From IMG/VR virus record IMGVR_UViG_3300045003_000166, positions 1 to 64,000 of that record: a stretch of 64,000 bases of DNA, one strand, 5' to 3'. The notes beneath the pieces are model-generated. The model made no database searches, had not been told where the DNA came from, and worked only from the letters and a program-made list of their open reading frames with translations. Shown here piece by piece: positions 1 through 10,572 of the stretch. The DNA comes from a virus. The stretch's first letter is position 1, and each line of letters starts with the position of its first letter. The position numbers were made by a program, and so were the translations under genes.

Positions 1-1
1 C

Positions 2-160
2 CACTTCGTCGACGACGAGGAGTACGCCGACCTGGAACGCCAGGGCCTGCTCATTCCCGGCAAGGGCGACGTCCCCCTCCCCGGCCCGACCGAGTTGCAC
101 GAAGCGCCGTCCCCGCTTCCCCCCCATCAACCTGACCCCTCAGGAGGAGGCGAACGATGA
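2..160 (+). CDS. 3' end of hypothetical virion-region protein (partial)
   Basis: Open frame HFVDDEEYADLERQGLL... from the window edge; TGA overlaps the next ATG (ATGA). Confidence 0.5.
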   Translation, partial: HFVDDEEYADLERQGLLIPGKGDVPLPGPTELHEAPSPLPPHQPDPSGGGER

Positions 161-420
161 CGGCACCGAAGAAGAGCCCGAAGCTGACCGCGGCGAAGAC
201 GCGGTCGCTCCCGCCTAGTTCCTTCGCCCTGCCCGGCAAGGGCAAGGCGACGGTCAAGGGCGCCGCGGGCGCCTACCAGATCGACACCCCCGGGCGCGCC
301 CGCAACGCACTGGCGCGCGGTGCGCAGAACGCCAGCCCGGCCGAGCAGGCGACGATCCGCAGGAACGTCGCGAAGAAGTACCCGAAGATCAAGGTCGCCC
401 AGCCCGGAAAGAAGAAGTAG
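157..420 (+). CDS. small basic phage protein (DUF6582-like)
   Basis: AGGAGG RBS; Lys-rich; motif LPPSSFALP...YQIDTPGRARNALAR. Confidence 0.65.
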   Translation: MTAPKKSPKLTAAKTRSLPPSSFALPGKGKATVKGAAGAYQIDTPGRARNALARGAQNASPAEQATIRRNVAKKYPKIKVAQPGKKK

Positions 421-423
421 GCC

Positions 424-1002
424 ATGTCCGTCACCGTCACCAACCTCATCCTCGGGCCGGGCACGCTCTACCAGGGCGCCTTCGGCAACACCGAGCCCTC
501 CGACGCCAACGTCAACGTCTCCCCGCCCAACTCCGGCACCTGGACCGACGTCGGCGGCACGCTCAACGGCATCACCGTGAGCATCGACCAGACCTACACC
601 GAACTGCAGGTGGACCAGCTGGTCGACTCGGTGGGCCGGCGTCTGACCAAGCGCGAGTTCCTGGTCACCACGCAGATGGCCGAGCCGACGCTCAACAACC
701 TGACCCTCGCCCTCAACGGCTCCACCTCCACCTCCGGCACGACCTCCAGCTCGGGCACCTACTCGACCGTCGAGCCGCTGTTCGCAACCTCCGCCACCCA
801 GCCCACCTACGCCGCGCTGCTCGTGGACGGCTATTCGCCCAACTCGCTGCGCCGCCGGGCGATCTTCCGCAAGTGCCTGTCCACGGCGAAGGTCGACACC
901 TCCATGGACAAGAGCAAGCAGACCGTCTTCACCGTGACCTTCAACGGCCACTACGTCTCCAGCTCCATCGCCCCCATCCACGTGGTCGATCAAACGTCGT
1001 GA
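424..1002 (+). CDS. major tail (tube) protein
   Basis: 192 aa Ser/Thr-rich; NLILGPGTLY...WTDVGGT motif; lies before chaperones and tape measure. Confidence 0.85.
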   Translation: MSVTVTNLILGPGTLYQGAFGNTEPSDANVNVSPPNSGTWTDVGGTLNGITVSIDQTYTELQVDQLVDSVGRRLTKREFLVTTQMAEPTLNNLTLALNGSTSTSGTTSSSGTYSTVEPLFATSATQPTYAALLVDGYSPNSLRRRAIFRKCLSTAKVDTSMDKSKQTVFTVTFNGHYVSSSIAPIHVVDQTS

Positions 1003-1042
1003 CGTTTCCACCGTCCCCGCTTCGTCCCAGGAAGAACCGCCG

Positions 1043-1435
1043 ATGACCACCGCCAACGCTGCTCGCACCCGGACCGCGGCCTCTCGCAAGAAGAACGCCG
1101 CGAAGCCGCCCGTTGTCGAGGCGCCGTTCGAGCCGATCGAACTGACCACCGAGGACGACACCAACCCCGAGGTGCTCGTCCACCTGTTCAGCGTCAACGG
1201 GACCAAGTACTACGTACCGGGCCAGCAGGACATGGCCAAGGCCCTGCAGTACCTGAAAAAGGTCGAGTCGGTAGGCCCGGACCTGGCCGCGCTCTGGATG
1301 CTCGAGCAGGTCCTTTCCCCTGAGGGCTTCGCGGCACTCATGGGGATGAAGGGCCTGAAGGCGGCGTCCCTTGCCAAGCTCACCGCGGTCATCCAGAGCA
1401 TCATGCTCGGCGCGGAGGAGGTCCCAAAAGCCTGA
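1043..1435 (+). CDS. tail assembly chaperone (G-like)
   Basis: Synteny; ends GTC CCA AAA GCC TGA containing a slippery heptamer. Confidence 0.85.
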   Translation: MTTANAARTRTAASRKKNAAKPPVVEAPFEPIELTTEDDTNPEVLVHLFSVNGTKYYVPGQQDMAKALQYLKKVESVGPDLAALWMLEQVLSPEGFAALMGMKGLKAASLAKLTAVIQSIMLGAEEVPKA

Positions 1436-1752
1436 TCCCCCGCCTCGCGCAGACCGCTTGGGTTCTGCACGCGCTACCGGACATCGAATCCGACATGTCC
1501 CGGTTCCACCGGGTCGACGACATCCACGACCTGACCCCGTCCCGGTTCTTCCTGCTCGCCAACCGACTCGCCCACTATGGAGGCGCCGTGGCGCACCGCC
1601 TGCTTGCACAGGCACAGGCCGCACCTGCGGCCCCAGCCGCGTTGCCCGCACCGTCGCTACCCACCCCTGCGGGCGCCACGGTCGTGCCCTCCACCCGGGC
1701 AGCGATCTCCTTGTCCGACCTCGGGCCGTTCATCTCGTTCGGGACGGGGTGA
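1423..1752 (+). CDS. tail assembly chaperone frameshift extension (GT-like), -1 frameshift at C CCA AAA
   Basis: X XXY YYZ heptamer at 1423-1429; the -1 frame is open from 1423 through ORF 1495..1752. Confidence 0.8.
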   Translation, partial: PKSLIPRLAQTAWVLHALPDIESDMSRFHRVDDIHDLTPSRFFLLANRLAHYGGAVAHRLLAQAQAAPAAPAALPAPSLPTPAGATVVPSTRAAISLSDLGPFISFGTG

Positions 1753-1755
1753 GTC

Positions 1756-4608
1756 GTGGCCGACGAGGGCGGATTCGAGATCGCCAAGGCGTACGTCACG
1801 ATCGAGGCGGACGACACCGGGCTGCGCGAGAAGATCGCAGCGAAGATCGGGGCGGCGGCCGAGGGGCTGTCCATCCCGGTAGGGTTCGAGGTCGATCCGG
1901 CCAAACTGCGTGAGGAGGTCTCCGCCGCGGTCAAGGTGGCCGGCGCCGGCGAGCACGTCGATGTCGGGATGCGCCTGGACGACGCCGGGCTGCCCGCGGT
2001 TCTCAGCGAACTGAACGCCTCGTTCGGGGACCTGATGACCAGGACCCAGGATCTGCAGGGCGTGTTCGACGACCTGGCGAACGGCGCCCACGACGCCCAG
2101 CAGGCTCACGAGGACTTGCGGGACTCTTCGGACCGGCTCAGCGCCTCGCTCGATGACGCGGGCCGGTCAGGCGACGACCTCGCGAAGAAACTCGACTCGG
2201 TCGGTGCCTCGAGCCGAGGCGCGGGCGCTGCCGCGGGTGACGCTGGGGGCGGTTTCTCCGGCATGTCCACGATGATGATGGTCGGCGTCGCCGCTGCGGT
2301 CGCTCTCGGCCCGGCTCTAGCTGCCCTTCCCGCCCTGTTCGGCGGTCTCGGCCTCGGCATGGGTGCCGCCCTCGGGCCGCTCAAGGACATCGTCGCCGCC
2401 CTGTCCGCGTCCGACCAGGCGGCGGCAGGGGCGGGACAGACTGCCGCGCAGGCTGCCCAGACTGCCTTCTCCAACGCCGTCGCCATCCAGAACGCCGAAC
2501 AGGCGATCGTCGACGCCAAGCGCCAGAGCGCGATCGCCGCCCAGAATTCGGCCGACTCGATCGCCGCCGCCAACCAGCAAGTGATCACCTCTGAGCAGAA
2601 CGAGGCTCAGGCCGCCCAGAACCTCGCGCAGGCGCAGGCTGACGCCCTCAACCAGATCGCCGACCTGAACAACTCGGCGGCCGACGCCAAGAACGGCGTC
2701 GCCGACGCCAACCTGGCAGTGCAGCAGGCCCAACAGAACCTGAACTCGGTGATGGCCAACTCGCTGTCCACCGACCTGCAGAAGCAGCAGGCCCAGCAAG
2801 CGTTGGTCGACGCTGAACAGCGGCTCACCGACGCTAAGCAGCATTCCACCGAGGCAACTCAGGCCGCTGACAAGGCCAACCAGGAGGGCGTGGCCAACTT
2901 CCCGCCCGTCGTGCAGGCCCAGCACGCCTACGAGCAGGCGGTGCTCGCCACGGCCAACGCCCAGCACCAGTTGCAGGTGGCGCAGCGCAACGCCAGCGAC
3001 CAGATGATCTCGTCGGCCGAGGCGGTGCAGAAGGCCGAGACGAATCTGACCGACACGATCAAGCAGCAGCAACTCGCCGCCGCGGTCGCCGCCCAGTCCG
3101 GTGCCGCGGGCGCCACTGCCTATGCCCAGGCCATGGCGAAACTGACCCCTGTGGGGCAGCAGGTGGTGCTGTTCCTGAAGAACATGAACGACGGCATGTC
3201 GGCCGCTGCACAGAACTCCTTCCTGCCCGGCGTTCTGACGTTCCTGCAGGACATCCAAGGGGTGATGCCGCAGTTCGTCTCCGCCGTCTCCCAGGCCGGC
3301 AGTGCCTTTGGCGGCATCATCGCCCAGGTGGGAGGCTTGTTCAAGAACCAGACCTTTGTCACCCAGTTTTTCACCGTGCTGCAGCAGGGCGTCGGCATGC
3401 TGACCACGATCGGCGGCGGCATCGTCCAGATGATCCAGGGGGTCACTTCCGCGGCGTCTGGCGCCGGGCCGATCGTCTCCGCCGTCGGCCAGGGGATCGC
3501 CGACCTGCTCGCGGCCATCGGGCCGCTTCTGCAGGGCCTGACTGACAACGCGTCCGGCGCAGGGCAGTCGATCGAATCGATCATCGGGTTCGTCGCCGAC
3601 CTGCTCGGGCCACTCGGCCAACTCGTCGGAGCCATCTCAGGCGCCCTCGGCCCGGCACTCGCCATCCTACGGCCCGCCCTGGACGAGATCATCCGCGCTC
3701 TACTGCCACCGCTGATCCAGTTGATCACCGCGCTCTCGCCGATTCTCGCCGCCGTCGCACAGGCCCTGGCACAAGGACTGGACGCCGCCATCACGGCCAT
3801 GCTTCCGAGTCTCGACAACCTGATCAACGCCGTGGTCCAGCTCCTGCCGGGGCTGACCCCGCTGATCCCTACCCTGGGCAACCTGCTGGCTGCCGCGATG
3901 CCGCTGATCGAGTCGCTTCTCACACTTTCGGTCGCCATCCTCGGACCTGTCATCAGCGCCTTGACTCCGCTCCTCGACTGGCTGGTCAAGATCATCGACT
4001 ACGGTGTCAACTACGTGACACCGTGGGTGCAGAAGATCAGCACCGACTTCACCAACACGACGAAGCAGATCAGCGACGCTTTCGACACGGCAATCAACTG
4101 GGTGGAGGACCACTGGAACGGCTTCGTCCGCTGGCTGGAGGGCATCCCGGGACAGATCGGCAGTGCCTTGTCAGGACTCTGGGATTCTATCCCCAACATG
4201 TTCCGGGCCGCGGTCGACACCGTGATCGGCTGGTGGGACTCGATCAGTTTCACCGTGCCGAAAATCGAGGTTGCCGGGTTCACCATCTTCGGCGGCGAGA
4301 CGTTCACCATGCCGCAGATCCCCAAACTCGCCGACGGCGGCACCGCCACGTGGGGCGGCTTCGTGAACGTCGGCGAGCGCGGCATGGAGCGCATGTGGAT
4401 GCCCGCCGGGGCGACCGTTCAACCGCTCACCCACCACAACCAGGCGATGCCCGGATCAGGCGGCATCACCGTGCAGAACCTCAACGTGACCGTCAACCAG
4501 AAGGGCTTCGCCGACTTCACCAATCCCAACGCCATGTCGGCCTCCGCCCGCGCCCAGGCGGTGCACATCCGCGACGCGCTCAACCAGCTGCAGGCGGCGT
4601 ACTCATGA
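1756..4608 (+). CDS. tape measure protein
   Basis: 950 aa, Ala/Gln-rich coiled coil plus hydrophobic helical repeats; synteny. Confidence 0.92.
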   Translation: MADEGGFEIAKAYVTIEADDTGLREKIAAKIGAAAEGLSIPVGFEVDPAKLREEVSAAVKVAGAGEHVDVGMRLDDAGLPAVLSELNASFGDLMTRTQDLQGVFDDLANGAHDAQQAHEDLRDSSDRLSASLDDAGRSGDDLAKKLDSVGASSRGAGAAAGDAGGGFSGMSTMMMVGVAAAVALGPALAALPALFGGLGLGMGAALGPLKDIVAALSASDQAAAGAGQTAAQAAQTAFSNAVAIQNAEQAIVDAKRQSAIAAQNSADSIAAANQQVITSEQNEAQAAQNLAQAQADALNQIADLNNSAADAKNGVADANLAVQQAQQNLNSVMANSLSTDLQKQQAQQALVDAEQRLTDAKQHSTEATQAADKANQEGVANFPPVVQAQHAYEQAVLATANAQHQLQVAQRNASDQMISSAEAVQKAETNLTDTIKQQQLAAAVAAQSGAAGATAYAQAMAKLTPVGQQVVLFLKNMNDGMSAAAQNSFLPGVLTFLQDIQGVMPQFVSAVSQAGSAFGGIIAQVGGLFKNQTFVTQFFTVLQQGVGMLTTIGGGIVQMIQGVTSAASGAGPIVSAVGQGIADLLAAIGPLLQGLTDNASGAGQSIESIIGFVADLLGPLGQLVGAISGALGPALAILRPALDEIIRALLPPLIQLITALSPILAAVAQALAQGLDAAITAMLPSLDNLINAVVQLLPGLTPLIPTLGNLLAAAMPLIESLLTLSVAILGPVISALTPLLDWLVKIIDYGVNYVTPWVQKISTDFTNTTKQISDAFDTAINWVEDHWNGFVRWLEGIPGQIGSALSGLWDSIPNMFRAAVDTVIGWWDSISFTVPKIEVAGFTIFGGETFTMPQIPKLADGGTATWGGFVNVGERGMERMWMPAGATVQPLTHHNQAMPGSGGITVQNLNVTVNQKGFADFTNPNAMSASARAQAVHIRDALNQLQAAYS

Positions 4609-5873
4609 CCCAGTTCGGCTTCGTCAACTTCGGGCGCCTGCTCCTGGTCGAATTCCCCACCCAGGCCGCGTCACTCGCCGCCGCGGCGCCGTCCACGACC
4701 GCTCCCACCGGCCGCACACTGGCGCTCGCCGGCCAGGAGTCCACACCCGCCGCCCCCAACGTCGCCACCACCGCGGCCCAACTGCGCGCCCGGCAGGCCG
4801 ACCTGCTCGGCTCGCAGGGCTCCTTCCTCCCGGTCACCTTCACCGACAAGGCCGAACTCAACGGCTACTACACCGTCACCGACGTCTCCGCCGACCTGCA
4901 GAACTGGGAGCAGGAGGCCGTCACCCTCACCTGGAAGACGAACCTCGAGCGTATCGGCACCGACCTGGAGGTGGACCTCGAATCGCGGTTGACCGGTGGC
5001 ATCCGTAACTCCAGCTTCGCTGCGTCCGCGAACGGCGTGCGGTGGCACGCCCCTTCGATCGGCCACTACGCGTATTTCACCGCCTCGGGCAACACCCCGT
5101 CCGTGATCGTGCGCCAGAGCGCCGAAGGCGCCATGAACATCTACACGGGGCTTCCGCTGACCGGGTCCGTCATCCCTAGGTGGGGCTGTGCCGTCGGCAA
5201 CTACCTGGGCGGCCGGGTCCGCTTCCTCGACGACCAGGGCATCGAACGGGCCGGCATCCTGTTTGCCAACGGCTCGCCCTCCTCCTGGACGATCCTCAAC
5301 GCACTGGTCCAGGTCACTCCCTTGTCGTCCGGCGGTGTGTTCAACGTCGCCTCCTGGGCGAGCGGATCGTCCGCGTACCAGTCGAAGAACTGGGACCTGC
5401 AGTACAACAGCTCGTCACTCGGCGTGCCGCTGGGCATCAGTCTGCTGCGCAACGAGCCGGAGATCCTGGTCGCGCGCCTGATCTGGTCCACCACCGGGCC
5501 GAACCGGGTGACCGCGGACCTCACCCTGCGCCGCGGTTCCCGGTTCCTCGAGTTGTACCTGCAGTCGCAGGTGGCGGGCGTGCTCAAGGTAGTGCGCTCG
5601 AGCGCAGAGGCGGGAACGTCGGGCGGCTCCGGCGCATACCTGTCCGCCACCGCAAACGACGCGGCCGGAAACCGGTACGTCATCGGCAGCGCCCTGACCA
5701 ATACCCAGGACCTGGTGAACGGCGGCATCTCGGTGTCCGCCTCCACCACGTTCGACGCCTTCGTGGGCGCGGCCGTCGGCGGTTCCTCCGCCCAGGGCGG
5801 TGATGCGGCGTCGGACCTCTGGAATCAGTACATTGCGGCGCCAGCGGAGCTGGTGCAAGGCATCAGGCGGTAA
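4605..5873 (+). CDS. minor tail protein (distal-tail-like)
   Basis: ATGA-coupled to the tape measure; real start MTQFGFVNFG inside the longer ORF call. Confidence 0.8.
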   Translation: MTQFGFVNFGRLLLVEFPTQAASLAAAAPSTTAPTGRTLALAGQESTPAAPNVATTAAQLRARQADLLGSQGSFLPVTFTDKAELNGYYTVTDVSADLQNWEQEAVTLTWKTNLERIGTDLEVDLESRLTGGIRNSSFAASANGVRWHAPSIGHYAYFTASGNTPSVIVRQSAEGAMNIYTGLPLTGSVIPRWGCAVGNYLGGRVRFLDDQGIERAGILFANGSPSSWTILNALVQVTPLSSGGVFNVASWASGSSAYQSKNWDLQYNSSSLGVPLGISLLRNEPEILVARLIWSTTGPNRVTADLTLRRGSRFLELYLQSQVAGVLKVVRSSAEAGTSGGSGAYLSATANDAAGNRYVIGSALTNTQDLVNGGISVSASTTFDAFVGAAVGGSSAQGGDAASDLWNQYIAAPAELVQGIRR

Positions 5874-5878
5874 ATCAG

Positions 5879-8737
5879 ATGCCTGTAACTGAGACTTTGA
5901 TGGCCGTCGGCTCCTGGAGCCTGACACTGTCTCCGGACACCCCGCGCTCCATCATCGACTCCCTGCAGTACTTCCAGCACATCGTGATCGCCACCGGCCG
6001 CCAGGACCCCCGGGTGGCGGGCAACTCGCTCTTCTCCGCCGGACGCTACACCGGGGTCATCACCGGCCTGGACTTCCAGAGTCTGAAGGCCGGCCGCGGT
6101 CCGGTGATTTCCGGCGACGGCCTGGCGACGTGGCTCGGGACGCCGAAGGGCGTCGGGCCGGTCATCGAGAACACGACCACGTTCACCTCGGCCGCCTACT
6201 CGACCGTGGTGGGCACCCTGCGCCCGGCCGCCGTCGGGGCGGGTACCAATTACGCGATGCCGGTGTCCGCCACTTACACGGGCGCCTTCGTCTGGAAGAC
6301 CCCTCGGGACGCGCTCACCTCCTTCGCCCAGCAGGTGACCCAGGGGCCGCTGCCCACCCAGATCGCCGAGTGGCGGGTGAACGGGAACTGCACGCTCGAC
6401 TTCGGCCCCGTCGCCTCCCTCTACCGCACCAACCCCACGGTCGCGATCGTCGCCAAGAACGAGGGCGTCGACATGCAGGTGCGCGCCCTGCCCGGGGTCG
6501 CGGAGCTCATCGAAGACGTCAAGGACTACACGACCAGGACCGTGGTCCTCGCCTCCGGCACGGGAGCGGCGACCGCGGTCGGAGCGGCGAACATCGCCGA
6601 CGTCGGGGGTTCGAACCCGTACACGGACTTCTTCGGCAACGCGGTCCAGATGACCCGGATGATCTCCGCGTCGTCGGTCAGCTCCTTCAACGCCACGGCC
6701 TCCGCCCAGGCCGCCCTCATCCCATACACCGTCCCGGCCGACCAGGTGAAGCTCACCTCGTCCGAATACGACATCAAGGGCGAGTTGCAGGTCGGCGACT
6801 ACGCCTGGGTGTACGACCCGGACGCGGGCCTGGTCGACTTCAGCCAGCAGATCGTCTTCCGCGGCCAGCGGATCAACCCCACCAAGCAGCGCATCATCGA
6901 ACTGACCTGGCCGATCGTCGAGGACATGACGGTCGCCTACCGCGACCAGTCCGGCACCTGGCACGACCTGACCGACTACGTGCAGTGGGAGACCGGCGAC
7001 ACGACCGTGGTCGTCGGCGGCTACAACCGCAACCTGGTGCCCACCTCCGAGCCCGTCGGCCCGCGGCCGATCCCGGACACCACGATCCCCGGCACGCCTG
7101 CGTTCAACCTGCCGTTCACCACCACGACCTATCTGAGCAGTTCGAACGGCCACACTCGCGCGCAGATCCAGCTGTCCTGGACCACGCCGACCAACACCGA
7201 CGGCACCACCATGACGGACCTGGACCACTACGAGATCCAGTATCGGCCGGACCTCACCGTCAGCGCGGTCAACCCGACGTGGAACGCCCTGAACTCCGGC
7301 GGCTACACCTGGAACGCGCTGAACGCGGCCGGCGGCACCTGGAACCAGCTGCTCGCCCCTCCCACGTCCCAGTGGAAGGTGACATTCGTCGCGGGCGGAG
7401 TCAACACTCTGCTCGTTCAGGAGCTGACCCCGGGCGTCACCTACGATTTCCAGATCCGCGCCGTCGACACGGCGCAGCCGCCCAACGTCGGGGCCTGGTC
7501 GGCGACCACTCTTTTTCAGGCGTCGGTGGACACGATCCCGCCGCCCACGCCAGACGCTCCCACAGTGGCAGCCGGCCTCGCCTCCGTGCAGATCACCTGG
7601 GACTGCGGCTCCGCGAGCGGCGGCACCTTCAACCAGGCGGCGGACCTCAACCACATCGAGGTGCACGGCTCCCTCGACCCGCTGTTCCAGCCGAGCGCGA
7701 CGACGAAGATCGGCAACGTCATCGCGAACATCGGCAACATCCTGGGCCAGATCCCGGTGGTGGCGACCCTCACCCTGCCGCCCGGCCAGCCGCCGGCCCA
7801 GAGCCTGTTCATCAAGATCATCGCGGTGGACAACTCGGGCAACAAGTCCAGCCCGTCCGCCTCGGCCGGCGCCAGCGCGGTCCTGTGGTCGAATGCGTAC
7901 ATCACCGACCTGTCTGTCAGCAAGCTGACCGCGGGCACGATCACGGCATCGGTGATCATGGGCGGGGTGATCGGGACCGCCCTGTCCGGCCAGCGCGTCA
8001 CCATGGACTCCACCGGGTTCCATGCCTACGACGCCAACGGCAACAAGATCTTCGACGTCAGCAGCGCCAGCCCTGTCCTCACCCTGGGCCGGTCGGCGGC
8101 CAACTCCATCCTGATGGACACGTCGCAGACGTTCCCGACGATCCAGTTCAACAACGGCGCCAACTACGGCCCCACGCAGTCGTCCACGCTGGCCGGCGGG
8201 AACCTGCCCGGCGGCATTCCCGCCCTGATCGCGACCGGCAGCCAGTACACGCCCAACAACCCGATTTCGACGAACTCCACCGCGCAGCTGGTCCTGGGCT
8301 CCGATGGCGGGACCACAGGCCTGCAGATCGCGGATGTGACCAGCAAGGTAGCGTATTCCGGCCTGACCGTGGCCAGCGACCAGGTCCGCATGGTGGTTAC
8401 CGACCTGTCCGGCAACGTGGTGGGGGCGCTGCGGATCGGCGACGACGCCAATTTCTACGGCACGGGAGTTTTCCTCGACTCTTTCGCCCTGGCCGGGACG
8501 GACCTGTGGTTCGCCGGCCAGACCGGCGGAGCGAGCGGGTTCAGCGGCTTCGCCATCAGCTACGGTCTCACCTTCTCTGGGCTCGTCCTGCCGGTGGCGG
8601 CCGTGCTCGACACCACCGGCGGCACCTCCACCCAGGGCTGCTATCTCAGCGCCGCGTCCAGCACCGGTTTCACCGTCTCCTGGCACACCACGACGGTCAG
8701 TCAGGTGAACTACTGGGCGCCTCGGTATGCGAACTAG
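5879..8737 (+). CDS. minor tail/tail-tip protein with fibronectin type III domains
   Basis: FN3 hallmarks LSWTTP...YEIQYR...ELTPGVTYDFQIRAVD; SVSKLTAGTITA fibre motif. Confidence 0.85.
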   Translation: MPVTETLMAVGSWSLTLSPDTPRSIIDSLQYFQHIVIATGRQDPRVAGNSLFSAGRYTGVITGLDFQSLKAGRGPVISGDGLATWLGTPKGVGPVIENTTTFTSAAYSTVVGTLRPAAVGAGTNYAMPVSATYTGAFVWKTPRDALTSFAQQVTQGPLPTQIAEWRVNGNCTLDFGPVASLYRTNPTVAIVAKNEGVDMQVRALPGVAELIEDVKDYTTRTVVLASGTGAATAVGAANIADVGGSNPYTDFFGNAVQMTRMISASSVSSFNATASAQAALIPYTVPADQVKLTSSEYDIKGELQVGDYAWVYDPDAGLVDFSQQIVFRGQRINPTKQRIIELTWPIVEDMTVAYRDQSGTWHDLTDYVQWETGDTTVVVGGYNRNLVPTSEPVGPRPIPDTTIPGTPAFNLPFTTTTYLSSSNGHTRAQIQLSWTTPTNTDGTTMTDLDHYEIQYRPDLTVSAVNPTWNALNSGGYTWNALNAAGGTWNQLLAPPTSQWKVTFVAGGVNTLLVQELTPGVTYDFQIRAVDTAQPPNVGAWSATTLFQASVDTIPPPTPDAPTVAAGLASVQITWDCGSASGGTFNQAADLNHIEVHGSLDPLFQPSATTKIGNVIANIGNILGQIPVVATLTLPPGQPPAQSLFIKIIAVDNSGNKSSPSASAGASAVLWSNAYITDLSVSKLTAGTITASVIMGGVIGTALSGQRVTMDSTGFHAYDANGNKIFDVSSASPVLTLGRSAANSILMDTSQTFPTIQFNNGANYGPTQSSTLAGGNLPGGIPALIATGSQYTPNNPISTNSTAQLVLGSDGGTTGLQIADVTSKVAYSGLTVASDQVRMVVTDLSGNVVGALRIGDDANFYGTGVFLDSFALAGTDLWFAGQTGGASGFSGFAISYGLTFSGLVLPVAAVLDTTGGTSTQGCYLSAASSTGFTVSWHTTTVSQVNYWAPRYAN

Positions 8738-8750
8738 GAGGGAGGGCGGC

Positions 8751-9215
8751 ATGGCAGACAAGACCAGGGTCCTGATCCAGGACGTGACGTACGACCCGGG
8801 CAAGCGCTGGTGGCGCATCGCCCAGCAGGTCACTGCGCCCGACGGGACGACCCACCGGATCCTGCACGCCATCGCGGACCACGCCACCGTCAACCACGCC
8901 GCGGAGTACGGCCTCGACCCGCACGACAGCGCCACCGTCGTCGACTGGCTGCTGCACGAGCGCTTCGCCCCTCCCCCAGCCGACCCGACCGTTCTCTGCC
9001 CTTACCGCAACCCGCCGCAGCAGGCATGGGCGGCGCATCAGGAGCGGCTGGCCGAGGTGAAGACCCGGGTGGAGATCGCCGACCCGGACGGCCACCTGGG
9101 CAAGATCCACGCCGCCCACCGTCCCACCAAGGGTGACATCGCCACCGCCCGGCACCGTGTCACCTGCGACCGTGCACACGTCGCCCACCTGATGGAACGA
9201 GGAGCAACCCGATGA
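8751..9215 (+). CDS. hypothetical tail-region protein
   Basis: GGAGGGAGG RBS; coupled to the next gene. Confidence 0.65.
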   Translation: MADKTRVLIQDVTYDPGKRWWRIAQQVTAPDGTTHRILHAIADHATVNHAAEYGLDPHDSATVVDWLLHERFAPPPADPTVLCPYRNPPQQAWAAHQERLAEVKTRVEIADPDGHLGKIHAAHRPTKGDIATARHRVTCDRAHVAHLMERGATR

Positions 9216-10333
9216 GCGACACACTCACAGCCAACATCGGCCTGCTCGTCGCCGACCCGAACGACGTCGTCACCTACACGACGCACATCGGCAACAACCT
9301 GACGAAAGTGGACACCTTCCTCGGGGCCGTCGACTGCCTGTCCACCACCCGGCCCACCACCACGTACAAGGGCCAGATCATCTTCGAGGAGGACTCCCAG
9401 CGCTACGCACAGAACACCGGAACGTCCGCCAGTCCCAACTGGCTGTACATGTCCCATCAGGCCTTGTCCGCCACCAGCTCCTCCCGGCCCACGTCGGGCC
9501 TGACGGCCGGGGAGCTGATCTACGAGTCCGACAACACCCTGGTCCGACCGCGTGGATCCGGCCTCTGGCTGCCCAACGTCGCGTCCTGTACGTCGGGAGC
9601 GCGGCCCGCCAACCCGGTGGCGGGCGACCTGCTCACCGAGTCCAACACCCACCGCCTCATCCAGTGGACCGGTTCGGCGTGGCTGCAGACCGCGTTCAGC
9701 AACTTCGTCGCCACCAGCTCCACCCACCCCGGCGCGCCATTCCAGGGCCTGGAGATCTTCGAATCGGACACCGGCCTGTCCGCGATCTACAACGGGTCCA
9801 ACTACCTATACGGGATGCAGCAGCTCGCGCCCACCCAGAAGCTGGGATCGGCGGCGAACACGGTGACGTTCACCAGCATCCCGGCTGTCAACAACCTGCT
9901 GATCACCTGGCGCACACGCACCACCAGCGGCAACAGCAACGACAACATGTTTCTGCAGTTCAACAGCGACACCGGGCTGCACTACGGCGCCGAGCTGCTG
10001 GACGCGACCGGGACGACAGCCGCCGCGTCCAGCAACGCGATCAACTCCGCCAGCGGCGTGCTCATCGGCGTGATCACGGGGGGAGCCGGAAGCGCGGGAT
10101 ACGGTTCGTGCGGTTTCGCGTTCATTCCCGGTTTCTCGCAGGCCGCCTCCGGCACCCAACTGGACTGCGTCAGCACCTGGTTCGCGGCCTGGGGAACGGG
10201 CGCCAGCAACATGTTCGCCGGAATCTCCGGAGGTGCCTACAACCCGTCTGCCGCGGTCACCAGCCTCACCCTCAACCCGGCCAACGGCCAGCTCGTGGCC
10301 GGCAGCGTATTCAGCCTCTACGGGAGCAATTAG
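9212..10333 (+). CDS. tail fibre / receptor-binding protein
   Basis: Four repeats of S/T-S-x-x-R/H-P...G-x-x-I-[FY]-E-[ST]-D; beta-rich C-terminal domain. Confidence 0.75.
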   Translation: MSDTLTANIGLLVADPNDVVTYTTHIGNNLTKVDTFLGAVDCLSTTRPTTTYKGQIIFEEDSQRYAQNTGTSASPNWLYMSHQALSATSSSRPTSGLTAGELIYESDNTLVRPRGSGLWLPNVASCTSGARPANPVAGDLLTESNTHRLIQWTGSAWLQTAFSNFVATSSTHPGAPFQGLEIFESDTGLSAIYNGSNYLYGMQQLAPTQKLGSAANTVTFTSIPAVNNLLITWRTRTTSGNSNDNMFLQFNSDTGLHYGAELLDATGTTAAASSNAINSASGVLIGVITGGAGSAGYGSCGFAFIPGFSQAASGTQLDCVSTWFAAWGTGASNMFAGISGGAYNPSAAVTSLTLNPANGQLVAGSVFSLYGSN

Positions 10334-10572
10334 TGGATGCCGACATCGAGCGACACGGCGACCTGGTCCACCACGTGGTGGACTGCCGGACCGGCGCACA
10401 GACGATCACTCCGTTCACCGAGGCGGAGACCGCCGCGTTCTGGGATAACGAGCGGCGCGGCGCCGAACTGGCCGCCCAGAAGGCGCAGGAAGACGAGCAG
10501 ATCAAGGCGCTTGTCGAAGCGCATTCCGACCCGCTCGTCCAGTTGCTGGCCAGGAAGGCGGGGCTGGCGTGA
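10333..10572 (+). CDS. small tail-fibre-associated protein
   Basis: GTG overlaps the upstream TAG; VDCRTGAQTITPFTEAE motif typical of genes following fibres. Confidence 0.55.
   Translation: MDADIERHGDLVHHVVDCRTGAQTITPFTEAETAAFWDNERRGAELAAQKAQEDEQIKALVEAHSDPLVQLLARKAGLA

Noticed and set aside
4023-4604. Extended N-termini in the ORF track (e.g. 4023, 12668, 13516, 16932, 48184, 53425, 55626)
   Set aside because: They overlap real upstream genes; ATGA/GTGA coupling and RBS position support the shorter starts used here.
7279-7352. Triple TWNAL/TWNQL repeat in the tail protein as a DGR variable region
   Set aside because: Short in-frame peptide repeat; no reverse transcriptase and no adenine-specific template/variable repeat pair seen.
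5825-8935. Very long antisense and alternate-frame ORFs over the tail genes (also over helicase, terminase and portal)
   Set aside because: Typical shadow ORFs of high-GC coding DNA: Arg/Gly/Pro-rich with no domain motifs, unlike the antisense ORF in the intein, which has clear HTH and nuclease signatures.
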